64,000 nt of DNA from Alphaproteobacteria bacterium (GTDB lineage: Bacteria; Pseudomonadota; Alphaproteobacteria; Bin95). Where the stretch lies: NCBI GenBank assembly GCA_964291285.2, contig OZ219785.1:448001-512000 (forward strand), in the 5' to 3' direction. Under the pieces are notes generated by a model, which worked only from the letters and a program-made list of their open reading frames with translations, was not told the origin of the DNA and searched no databases. Shown here in pieces: positions 9,619 through 18,137 of the stretch. How positions within the stretch are numbered: position 1 is the stretch's first letter; the number at the start of each line of letters is the position of its first letter. Both the position numbers and the translations under genes were made by a program.

Positions 9619-10698
9619 ATGCCCTACGACGCCGAACGCCTGCACGAGGTTCCCGACGACCCGCTCGCCGCCATCGACTATTGCTACGAGCAGGGCTGGA
9701 CGGACGGCCTGCCCGTGGTGCCGCCGGCGACCGGGCGCGTGGAAGAGATGCTCGGCTATGAGGGCCGCCCGCCCGAGACGCCCATCGCCCGCCACCCCGC
9801 GACCGGCCTCGAATGCACGGTCCACGCCGCGGCGGTGAACGCCGTCATGGCCGGCTGCCGGCCCGAATATTTCCCGGTGCTGGTCGCGGCCTTCGAGGCT
9901 ATGGACGAGCCCGGCTTCAACTTCCACGGCTCGACCGCCTCCACCGGCGGCTCGGCCCCGCTGCTGGTGGTCAGCGGCCCGGTCACCGACGACATCGCCA
10001 TGAACTCGGACGTGAACCTGTTCGGCCCCGGCAACCGCGCCAACGCCACCATCGGCCGCGCCGTGCGCCTCATCCTGATGAACGTCTTCCGGATGGTCCC
10101 CGGCATTTCCGACAAATCGACCCAGGGCCATCCCGGCAAATACGCCTTCTGCATCGCGGAGCGCAGCCGCGGCAATCCCTGGCCGCTGCTCTGCGAGGAG
10201 CAGGGCTATCCCGAGGGGGTCAGCAGCGTCACCGTGTTCGCCGGCGGCGGCTTCTGCAATATCGAGAACCATGGCGGCAACACGCCGGAGCAGATCCTCG
10301 GCACCTTCGCCGACGCGATGGCGAATTACGGCTGCATCACGCTCGGCCAGTCCGTGGTGGTGATGGCGCCGGAGCATATGCGCATCCTCGCCGGCGCCGG
10401 CTGGACGCGGAGACAGGCGCGGGAATACCTGTTCGCCCATGCGCGGCGCAGCGTCGAGGGCATGAAATCCGTCGGCAAGCACCGCGACGTCGAATACGGC
10501 AAGCAGCACGGCGAGGAGGGCGCGCACCCGCTGGCGGGAGACGGCCACTTCCACCGCGGCCTCGGCCCGGACGACATCCTGATCGTCATGGGCGGCGGCG
10601 ACGCCGGCGGCCACTCCAGCTTCATCCCCTCCTGGAGCCGCGGCCGCGGCTCCCTCATGCAGTCGAAACCCATCGGCGTGTGCATCGACTGCGAGTAG
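9619..10698 (+). CDS. Conserved partner protein of UGSC-family (seleno)proteins
   Basis: GWTDGLPVVPP, AVNAVMAGCRPEYFPV, RANATIGRA, QGHPGKY; C-terminal CIDCE. Confidence 0.7.
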   Translation: MPYDAERLHEVPDDPLAAIDYCYEQGWTDGLPVVPPATGRVEEMLGYEGRPPETPIARHPATGLECTVHAAAVNAVMAGCRPEYFPVLVAAFEAMDEPGFNFHGSTASTGGSAPLLVVSGPVTDDIAMNSDVNLFGPGNRANATIGRAVRLILMNVFRMVPGISDKSTQGHPGKYAFCIAERSRGNPWPLLCEEQGYPEGVSSVTVFAGGGFCNIENHGGNTPEQILGTFADAMANYGCITLGQSVVVMAPEHMRILAGAGWTRRQAREYLFAHARRSVEGMKSVGKHRDVEYGKQHGEEGAHPLAGDGHFHRGLGPDDILIVMGGGDAGGHSSFIPSWSRGRGSLMQSKPIGVCIDCE

Positions 10699-10731
10699 AC
10701 TGAAACCGACAACGGACGGGAGACGACAGGC

Positions 10732-11253
10732 ATGCTTCTTTGCGACCCCACGGTTCCGGGGCCGGAGCGGAACCTGAGCCGGGCGGCGGCGCTGGCCGGG
10801 CTGGAGGGCCGGACCATCGGCCTGCTGGAGAACGGCAAGCTCAACGCCACCGCCATGCTGCGGGAGACCGCCGCGCTCTTCGAGGAACGGCACGGCTGCA
10901 CGGTCGTTCCGGTCTGGTCCAAGTGGAACGCGAGCGCGCCCGCGCCCGAAGAGGTGCTGCAGGACGCGGCCGGGAAGGTCGATTTCCTGATAACGGGACT
11001 GGGCGACTGAGGCTCCTGTTCGACGTGCAGTTTGCATGACGGCATCAGCTTCGAGCAGCTCGGCAAGCGCGCGGCGGTCATCTGCACCGAACCCTTCGAG
11101 GTAACGGCGCGGAACATCGCCCGGACGCTCGGCCTCCCGGACTATCCCTTCATCATGGTCGAGCACCCGATCGGCAGCCGCCGGCCGGACGAGATCAGGG
11201 TCCTGGCCGAAGCGGCCTACCGGCAGGCGCTGCCGATCCTGACTGCGGCGTGA
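10732..11253 (+). CDS. UGSC-family selenoprotein (Sec at TGA 11008-11010)
   Basis: Track ORFs 10732..11010 and 11032..11253 are in one frame, separated only by TGA: ITGLGD-U-GSCSTCSLHDG. A small hairpin CGTGCA-GTT-TGCATG at 11024-11038 could be a SECIS. Confidence 0.85.
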
Positions 11254-11260
11254 CTGGGGC

Positions 11261-12907
11261 GTGACCGCCATCGTCTATCCTGCGGCCCGGATCGTCACCA
11301 TGAACCCGGCCCGGCCGCACGCCACCCATGTGGCGGTGCGGGAGGGCCGCATCCTCGGCGCCGGGACGCTGGAGGAGCTGGCCGGCTGGGGCGAGTACCG
11401 CCTCGACGGGCGCTTCGCGGACAAGGTGCTGATGCCGGGCCTCGTGGAAGGCCACAGCCATGTCATGGAAGGCTCGCTCTGGGCCTATGTCTATTGCGGC
11501 TTCTTCGACCGCATGGACCCCGAAGGCAGGGTCTGGGCGGGCCTGAAGTCCATCGACGAGGTGGTGGAGCGGCTCGCCGAAGCGGCGGGCGCGCTGGAGG
11601 ACCCGGCGGCGCCGCTCGCCGGCTGGTCGCTCGACGCGATCTACTATGGCGGCCGGCGCATCGACCGCCACGACCTCGACAGGGTCTCGACCGAACGCGC
11701 GGTCGGCGTGCTGAACGCCTCCGGCCATATCCTGAACGTCAACACGAAGGCGCTGGAGCTCGCCGGCCTGCTGCGCACCGGCGTCAACCATCCCGGCGTC
11801 CCGCTCGGCGCGGACGGCCTGCCGACCGGCGAGATGAAGGGGCCCGACGCCATGGCCCCGCTCGGCGTCCACACCGGCTTCGACCGCGACCTGCTGGCCT
11901 GCGACGAACCGGGCCTGCGCCGCTTTGCCAAGCTCTGCGTGCGCACCGGCGTCACCACGGCCGCAGACCTCGCCAACCTGCTGCCGGAAGAGGCCGTGGA
12001 AATGATGCTCAGGGTGACAAGCGAGCCGGACTACCCGGCGCGCATCGTCTCGCTGCGGCGCTTCTACGGCCTGACGCCCGAAGAGCTGATCGACCGGGCG
12101 CTCGAGCTCAGGGGCCGCAGCCGGGACAGGCTCCGCCTCGGCATCATCAAGGTGGTGGCGGACGGCTCGATCCAGGGCTTCTCCGCCCGGCTGCGCTGGC
12201 CCGGCTATTACAACGGCGCGCCGGAGGGGCTCTGGTACGTGCCGCCGGAGCACCTGCTGGAGATCTACGAACGCGCGCTCGCCGCCGGCCTCCAGGTGCA
12301 CACGCACACCAATGGCGACGAGGCGACGGAGCTGGCGCTCGACTGCATGGAATCCGCGCTCCGCAAGCATCCCGCGCCCGACCACCGCTTCACCCTCCAG
12401 CACTGCCAGCTTGCCGACGCCGCGCAGTTCCGCCGCATCCGCGCGCTCGGCCTCTGCGTCAACCTGTTCCCCAACCACCATTTTTACTGGGGCGACCAGC
12501 ACTACGCCGTGACCGTGGGCCCCGAGCGCGCCGAGCGCATGAACGCCTGCGCGACCGCGCTCCGCGAGGGCGTGCCGCTCGCCATCCACTCCGATGCGCC
12601 GGTGACGCCGCTCGGGCCGCTCTTCACCGCATGGTGCGCCGTCAACCGCCGGACCGCGTCGGGGCGCACCCTCGGCGGGCATGAGCGGATCGGCGTCGCC
12701 GACGCGCTCCGCACGATCACGCTCGGCGCCGCCTGGACGCTCGGCCTCGACGGCGAGGTCGGCTCCATCGAGACCGGCAAGCGCGCCGATTTCGCCGTGC
12801 TGGAGGACGACCCGGAGACCGTCGGCGGAGAGCGGCTGAAGGATGTCCGCGTCTGGGGCACGGTGCAGGGCGGCCGCATCTTCCGGGCCGCGGACCTCCA
12901 GCCATGA
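11261..12907 (+). CDS. Amidohydrolase (YtcJ-like, Amidohydro_3)
   Basis: PGLVEGHSH, IKVVADGSIQG, HTNGD, QHCQ, HSDAPV, GSIETGKRADFAVL. Confidence 0.88.
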   Translation: MTAIVYPAARIVTMNPARPHATHVAVREGRILGAGTLEELAGWGEYRLDGRFADKVLMPGLVEGHSHVMEGSLWAYVYCGFFDRMDPEGRVWAGLKSIDEVVERLAEAAGALEDPAAPLAGWSLDAIYYGGRRIDRHDLDRVSTERAVGVLNASGHILNVNTKALELAGLLRTGVNHPGVPLGADGLPTGEMKGPDAMAPLGVHTGFDRDLLACDEPGLRRFAKLCVRTGVTTAADLANLLPEEAVEMMLRVTSEPDYPARIVSLRRFYGLTPEELIDRALELRGRSRDRLRLGIIKVVADGSIQGFSARLRWPGYYNGAPEGLWYVPPEHLLEIYERALAAGLQVHTHTNGDEATELALDCMESALRKHPAPDHRFTLQHCQLADAAQFRRIRALGLCVNLFPNHHFYWGDQHYAVTVGPERAERMNACATALREGVPLAIHSDAPVTPLGPLFTAWCAVNRRTASGRTLGGHERIGVADALRTITLGAAWTLGLDGEVGSIETGKRADFAVLEDDPETVGGERLKDVRVWGTVQGGRIFRAADLQP

Positions 12908-13881
12908 CGCCCGCCGCCCCGCTGCCCGTCACCGTGGTCGGCGGCTATCTGGGCGCCGGCAAGACGACGCTGGTCAACAGCCTGCTCCGGCAGGCGAACG
13001 GCCGGCGGCTCGCAATCATGGTGAACGAATTCGGCGCGCTTCCCATAGACGCGAGCCTCGTCGAGGCTGCGGACGAGAGGATCGTCAGCCTTGTCGGCGG
13101 CTGCGTCTGTTGCAGCTACGGGGAGGACCTCGTGTCCTCGCTCACCATGCTGGAGGCGCTGGAGCCGAGGCCCGACCATGTGCTGCTGGAGGCGAGCGGC
13201 GTCGCCTTCCCCGGCGCCATCGCCGGCACGGTCGGCCTGCTGCAGGGCTTCGCGCTCGACGGGGCGGTGGTGCTGGCCGACGCCGAGACCGTGCGCGAGC
13301 GCGCCGGTGACCGCTATCTCGGCAGCACCGTCCGCCGGCAGCTTGCCGAAGCCGACCTCATCCTGCTCAACAAGTGCGACCTCGCGGGCGATGCGGACGA
13401 AGTGGAAGCCTGGCTCGGCGGGACCGCGCCCGAGGCCCGGCTTCTGCGCACGGTGCGCTCCGAGGCCCCCATCGACATCGTGCTCGGCGCCTGGACCGGC
13501 CGCGCGCCCCTGCCGGCCGCCGGCGGGCCGTTCGACCACACGCACGGCTACGCAACCGCCGCGCTCGACCCGCCCGAGGGCGCCGAACCGGAGGCGCTCG
13601 CCCGCACCCTCGCCGACCCCGCCCACGCCCTGTTGCGCGCCAAGGGCTTCATACGCCGGCCCGGCGGCGGCATGGCCGCCATCCAGACCGTCGGCAGCCG
13701 CTGGGCCGTCTCCGACGCACCCGCAGACGCCCCCGCCGGCCTCGTCTGCATCGGCCTCGAAGAACAGACGGACTTCGCCGCCCTCCGGCGGGCGTTTGGC
13801 CTGGCTGCCCCTGATGCCGACGGCCGCCGGTCCGGGGCTTTGCGGACGAGCCCGGTTCAGCCCGGCCGGACCGGCTTCTGA
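12904..13881 (+). CDS. CobW/COG0523-family metallochaperone GTPase
   Basis: GYLGAGKTT, NEFG, GGCVCC, EASG, NKCD, LRAKG. Confidence 0.88.
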   Translation: MTPAAPLPVTVVGGYLGAGKTTLVNSLLRQANGRRLAIMVNEFGALPIDASLVEAADERIVSLVGGCVCCSYGEDLVSSLTMLEALEPRPDHVLLEASGVAFPGAIAGTVGLLQGFALDGAVVLADAETVRERAGDRYLGSTVRRQLAEADLILLNKCDLAGDADEVEAWLGGTAPEARLLRTVRSEAPIDIVLGAWTGRAPLPAAGGPFDHTHGYATAALDPPEGAEPEALARTLADPAHALLRAKGFIRRPGGGMAAIQTVGSRWAVSDAPADAPAGLVCIGLEEQTDFAALRRAFGLAAPDADGRRSGALRTSPVQPGRTGF

Positions 13882-14333
13882 TTTTCCGCCGGAACGGCTG
13901 CGCGGGCTCGTTCAGCGACCGGGGTAAACGCGGCGGGTGTTCTGCGCTGCGCATCGGACGGGTTGTTTCGCGCCGTATCGAGAGCCAGTTCCAGAAGACT
14001 GCGCAGCATCGCAAGGCGGGTTTCACCGGCATTTTCGCCGCAGGGCCGGTCTTCGAACAACTCGTCATGCGCGCGCACGGCCCGGACCGCCTTCGGAAAA
14101 AATACGAGCCCGGCCTCGGTTAACTGCGTGCGCCCGACCTGGCGGGGCTCGCGCGGCCAGGATGTTTCGAGCAATTTCCGCCCGACGGATTTTTCCACTG
14201 CGAGGACATGCTGAGTCACGCTCTGGCGCGGAATTCCCAAGCGCCGGACGGCTCTTGCGCTGCTTCTTTCCTCCACCATCGCCAGGAAAGAACAAAGATG
14301 TTTCATATTAATGTTCGGATTTATATATGACAT
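13857..14333 (-). CDS. LysR-type HTH protein lacking the effector-binding domain
   Basis: NMKHLCSFLAMVEERSSARAVRRLGIPRQSVTQHVLAVEKSVGRKLLE...TQLTEAG is a LysR wHTH followed by a short tail. Start at 14333 or 14306. Confidence 0.65.
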   Translation of the reverse strand: MSYINPNINMKHLCSFLAMVEERSSARAVRRLGIPRQSVTQHVLAVEKSVGRKLLETSWPREPRQVGRTQLTEAGLVFFPKAVRAVRAHDELFEDRPCGENAGETRLAMLRSLLELALDTARNNPSDAQRRTPAAFTPVAERARAAVPAENQKPVRPG

Positions 14334-14360
14334 AATCGCAGAATTGGCATTATGAGAAAT
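14333..14360 (+). other. dif-like (XerC/XerD-type) recombination site, left; contains the porin ATG
   Basis: TAATCGCAGAA-TTGGCA-TTATGAGAAAT has 11-6-11 architecture. Right arm is 9/11 to the E. coli XerD arm TTATGTTAAAT; left arm is 6/11 to the XerC arm. Confidence 0.7.
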
Positions 14361-15752
14361 TGCCTTTTTGCGACCGCAGGTCTGGCGTTCGTTAGCAGCC
14401 CCGCAATGGCGGCCGACATGCTGTCGGTCGGCGTTGGCGGCTACATGCAGCAATGGTTCGGCTACGCCGACCGCGACGACGGCGCCGAAGGCGGCTTCGA
14501 CACCCAGTCGGACAGCGAGGTCTATTTCTCGGGCTCGCTCGAGTCGGATTCGGGCCTCAAGTTCGGCGTGGACGTTCAGCTGGAGGGCAATAACGGCCCG
14601 AAGGAGTACACCCATCCGGCCACCGGCACGAACAACAATCCGACGGGCTCGACCAACATCGACGAGTCCTTCGCCTGGGTGAGCGGCGATTTCGGACGGC
14701 TTGAGATCGGCGCGCGCGACTCGATCCATGCCCGTACGCATGTCGGCATCAGGGATGTCGGCGTCGGCATCAGCGGCGGCGACACGCACAAATGGATTCC
14801 GGGCGCCTACCACGACACCAATGGCTGGTGGGTCGGCATGGGCGACAACAAGAACGTGATCTACATCTCGCCGCGCGTGAACGGCGTGCAGCTCGGCGTG
14901 TCCTACGGGCCGGACGTCGCCAACGAAAGCAAGTGGCCGGGCGCCCCGACCGGAAGCGAGGACTCCGTCTGGGCCGCCGGCCTCAACTTCCAGCAGGACA
15001 TCGGCGACACCAGCTTCAGCTTCTCGGTCGGGCATCGCAGCCGCGAGAACAACGCCGACGCCACGTTCGACCTCGACATGGACGATGACAACATGCTGGT
15101 GACGGCGGCCGACAGGTCGATGGACAACAAGATGAAGGGGCGCGACAGCGACACCTTCACCAATGTCGGCCTCGGCGTGGGCTTCGGCGCGTTCACCTTC
15201 AATGTCGCTTACGCCATGCGCGACAGGGGCCAGGTTTCCAGCGAATGCCGCTTCGTCGGCAGCGACGACAGTAACGACGCAGAAACACTGGATGCAGTGG
15301 ATGCCACGGCGACCGCAGCCGCAATACCGGCTGTGAATGAGGGCGACACGGTGGCCTGCGACCGGGCCGGCGTGGTTCTCATGGGTAGCATGGTGACCGC
15401 TGGCGACGGGACCCAGAGCGACGCCCCCACCACCGGCAACGGCGCCGTCAACGCCACCCACATGTTCGTGGATAACAAGAGCGGCGCGTGGGACACCTGG
15501 GGCGCCAGCGTCACCTATACGGACGGCCCGATGGCGCTGAGCCTCGCCCATATGCAACTGGACGCCGATGACAACACCGGGCGCACCGCGACCATGGTTT
15601 CGGCCGCCTACACGCTCGCGCCGGGTGTCGCCTGGAGGAGCTCTATCTTCCAGGTCGAGGACGACACGACCCAGAACCTGGGCGGCGAGGAAGCCAGGCA
15701 GGACGTGAACGAGGGCACGGCCTTCGTAACCGGCATCACGCTCAGCTTCTAG
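14352..15752 (+). CDS. Outer-membrane porin (alphaproteobacterial general porin type)
   Basis: Signal peptide ending AMA|A; 'SVGVGGYMQQWFG', 'DSEVYFSG..E.DSGLKFGV.VQLEG', 'IDES', 'FGRLEIG', 'YISPR', 'YTLAPGV'; terminal F. No RBS immediately upstream. Confidence 0.88.
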   Translation: MRNCLFATAGLAFVSSPAMAADMLSVGVGGYMQQWFGYADRDDGAEGGFDTQSDSEVYFSGSLESDSGLKFGVDVQLEGNNGPKEYTHPATGTNNNPTGSTNIDESFAWVSGDFGRLEIGARDSIHARTHVGIRDVGVGISGGDTHKWIPGAYHDTNGWWVGMGDNKNVIYISPRVNGVQLGVSYGPDVANESKWPGAPTGSEDSVWAAGLNFQQDIGDTSFSFSVGHRSRENNADATFDLDMDDDNMLVTAADRSMDNKMKGRDSDTFTNVGLGVGFGAFTFNVAYAMRDRGQVSSECRFVGSDDSNDAETLDAVDATATAAAIPAVNEGDTVACDRAGVVLMGSMVTAGDGTQSDAPTTGNGAVNATHMFVDNKSGAWDTWGASVTYTDGPMALSLAHMQLDADDNTGRTATMVSAAYTLAPGVAWRSSIFQVEDDTTQNLGGEEARQDVNEGTAFVTGITLSF

Positions 15753-15824
15753 GCCGGGCTACCTGAAAGGGCGGCGGCGGCGTCACGGGTCGTATCCCCG
15801 ACCCTCCTTCTGCTGCGGCCGTCC

Positions 15825-15856
15825 GGGGTGGCGTTGGGTTGCAACGACGCCACCCC
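15825..15856. terminator. GC-rich hairpin after the porin (probable terminator)
   Basis: GGGGTGGCGT...ACGCCACCCC perfect 10-bp stem. Confidence 0.55.
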
Positions 15857-15864
15857 ACCCTTGC

Positions 15865-15940
15865 TTAAATGCAATAATTTCCCATAATGCCAATTCTGCG
15901 ACCGGCGTTCGGAGGTGCTTTTCTCATTCCGAATTCCTCC
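15865..15940 (-). promoter_or_regulatory. RBS plus short leader ORF (MRKAPPNAGRRIGIMGNYCI*) reading through the right dif-like site
   Basis: GGAGG-N8-ATG (ATG at 15927). The frame runs through the site and matches the frame of the porin ATG in the equivalent position of the left site. Confidence 0.6.
15877..15904 (-). other. dif-like (XerC/XerD-type) recombination site, right, inverted relative to the left site
   Basis: Minus strand CGGTCGCAGAA-TTGGCA-TTATGGGAAAT. 25/26 identity with the left site over 14336-14361 vs 15876-15901, and an identical 6-bp core. Confidence 0.7.
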
Positions 15941-16023
15941 GGTAACAGCCGTCCGGGATTGGACAGCGCGGCCATCCTGCCCTGCCCGGCCGGCGGCTGC
16001 AATCCGCCCGATGCCGATTTTCG

Positions 16024-16051
16024 AGCCCTGTTGCGAAAATGCAACAGGGCT
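16024..16051. promoter_or_regulatory. Perfect palindrome, putative operator upstream of the leader ORF
   Basis: AGCCCTGTTGC-GAAAAT-GCAACAGGGCT (11-6-11). Confidence 0.5.
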
Positions 16052-16140
16052 GCGCCCGGACGCAGGCACGGGCCGGTCCCGCCGCAGCGGTGTAAGCCGC
16101 GCCTGCCGTTGGATGAGAAGCGCGGCATGAGCCCCGTGAA

Positions 16141-17589
16141 GATCGTGCCCCCGCGGGTGGTGTAAGAGCCTGGCGTCCGTAGCGGTGTCCGGCGGGTAGG
16201 GCCGGAACGCTCAGGCTGCCACGGCGGGCAACTTGACGGTTGTATTGTCGCTCACGGGAGCGATGGATTCCAGCGTCATGTATCTGGCTCTCTGGACTGC
16301 CCATTCATCGTTCTGCTCGAGCAGGATTGCGCCGATCAGCCGGGTGATGGCGTCCTCGTTGGGGAAGATGCCGACGGTGTTTGTGCGCCGCTTGATCTCG
16401 CCGTGGAGGCGTTCGAGCGGGTTTGTCGAGTGCAGCTTGGCGCGGTGCGCGGCCGGGAAGGTCATGTAGGCGAGAACATCGTGCTCGGCCTCGTCCATGA
16501 TGGCGGCGAGCTTTGGCGCCTTGGGCCTGAGCTGGTCGGCGACCTGGCGCCACTGGGCGGAGGCGCTGTCTGCATCCTCCTGGGCGAAGGCGGTAGTGAC
16601 GAAGGCGGAGACGACGCGCCGGCCCTGCTTGCCGGCATGGGCGAGCAGGTTGCGCATGAAGTGGACGCGGCATCTCTGCCAGGTGGCGCCGAAGATGCGG
16701 GTGGCGGCGGCCTTCAGGCCCTTGTGGTCGTCGGAGATCACCAGCTTGACGCCGCGCAGGCCGCGGCGGGCGAGCGAGCGCAGGAAGTCGGTCCAGAAGG
16801 TCTCGGCCTCGGACGCGCCGATCGCCATGCCGAGCACCTCGCGCCGGCCCTGATCGTTGACCGCCACCGCGATGGTGACCGCGACCGAGACGACGCGCCC
16901 GGCCTCGCGCATCTTCACATAGGTCGCGTCAAGCCAGAGATACGGCCAGTCGCCCTCCAGCGGCCGGTCGAGGAAGTCGCGGATCTTGTCGTCGATCTCG
17001 CCGCACAGCCGCGACACCTGGCTCTTGGAGATGCCCGACATGCCCATCGCCTGCACCAGGTCGTCCACCGAGCGGGTCGATACGCCCTTGATGTAGGCCT
17101 CCTGGATCACCGCCGTCAGCGCCTTCTCCGCCATCCGCCGCGGTTCAAGGAAGCCCGGGAAGTAGCTCCCCTTGCGCAGCTTCGGGATCTTCAGTTCGAC
17201 CGTGCCGGCCCGCGTCTCCCAGACCCGGTCCCGGTAGCCGTTGCGCTGCGTGATCCGGTCCGGCGAGCGCTCGCCGTGCGCGGCGCCCGCAAGGCCCTCA
17301 ACCTCAAGCGCCATCAGACGCGCGGCCGTGAACCCGATCATCTCGCGAAGCAGGTCGGCGTCGGAACTCTTCTCCAACAGCGCCCGCAGGGTCATCATGT
17401 CGGTGGTGGTCATCGTGGTACTCCTCCGGTCAGGTGGACTGTGACAGCCCAACCCTAACCGGCACCGCGATGGCCTCCGCTGTGGGTAAGTGGCCCGCCG
17501 CCTGACTCCAGACGGTCGCGGCGGCGGGCCACTTACCCACAGCTACCACCGGAAGCTTCAGCTCCTACACCACCCCTGGGGACACGACC
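16141..17589 (-). mobile_element. Complete IS256-family insertion sequence (1449 bp)
   Basis: Imperfect 29-bp IRs (GATCGTGCCCCCGCGGGTGGTGTAAGAGC / GGTCGTGTCCCCAGGGGTGGTGTAGGAGC). 8-bp TSD CCCGTGAA at 16133-16140 and 17590-17597. Confidence 0.93.
16211..17413 (-). CDS. IS256-family transposase
   Basis: [53 protein letters not shown]. Confidence 0.95.
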   Translation of the reverse strand: MTTTDMMTLRALLEKSSDADLLREMIGFTAARLMALEVEGLAGAAHGERSPDRITQRNGYRDRVWETRAGTVELKIPKLRKGSYFPGFLEPRRMAEKALTAVIQEAYIKGVSTRSVDDLVQAMGMSGISKSQVSRLCGEIDDKIRDFLDRPLEGDWPYLWLDATYVKMREAGRVVSVAVTIAVAVNDQGRREVLGMAIGASEAETFWTDFLRSLARRGLRGVKLVISDDHKGLKAAATRIFGATWQRCRVHFMRNLLAHAGKQGRRVVSAFVTTAFAQEDADSASAQWRQVADQLRPKAPKLAAIMDEAEHDVLAYMTFPAAHRAKLHSTNPLERLHGEIKRRTNTVGIFPNEDAITRLIGAILLEQNDEWAVQRARYMTLESIAPVSDNTTVKLPAVAA

Positions 17590-17749
17590 CCCGTGAACGG
17601 CGATGTCCATGCGGCGCATGTTCGGTCAGAGCACGGTCCGTCCGGGTCCAAACGGGACGGCGGGCTTATTCACGAATTCAGAAATATTTCCTCATTAAAG
17701 CTTGATCGCGGAACATTGATACTGATATAGGTCGGGCGGAAGCGGCGTC

Positions 17750-18102
17750 CGGAGGCCGCTTCGGGTTGCGACGGCGCGAGCAAGGCCCCCGAGGGAGCAG
17801 GCGGGAGGGGTGCGCCCTGCGTCTCGCGCGCGGGCAATCAGGCGCGCGAACCGCGCCGGCGGCGACGCGCGGGCCCGCCCGCGCGCGATACGCGCGAAAC
17901 AGGGTCCCGCCGCACGGAGGAGCCGGCGGCGGGGAGAACGGAACGGAGGGGAACGAAACGGGATGCGAAGCGGCAGGCAGGATTGTGAAAGCGGGGGCCG
18001 CCAAGCCCCTCTCCGTCCCACCGGACGGCGCAGACTGGACCCGTGACAGACCATGACATTCCGCAGCCGGAACATGACAAAACATGACATTCCATGACAC
18101 TC
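17750..18102. repeat. Non-coding GC-rich element ending in tandem CATGACA repeats
   Basis: Four CATGACA copies (plus CGTGACA) at about 18042-18099, GAACGG repeats at about 17935-17960, and CGCGCG runs. No credible ORF. Confidence 0.45.
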
Positions 18103-18137
18103 CGCGCAGGGGTCCCGCCGGGCGGGGCGCGGGCCTG

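Noticed and set aside
14334-15557. 566-aa minus-strand ORF as a long LysR fusion
   Set aside because: The first ~400 aa are the antisense shadow of the porin. Only 13857-14333 looks like protein.
14333-15904. The chromosomal dif site
   Set aside because: There are two inverted copies embedded in coding signals, whereas a chromosomal dif is single and intergenic. GC skew could not be checked.
18042-18102. CRISPR array
   Set aside because: Repeats are 7 bp with short irregular spacing, and no cas genes are present.
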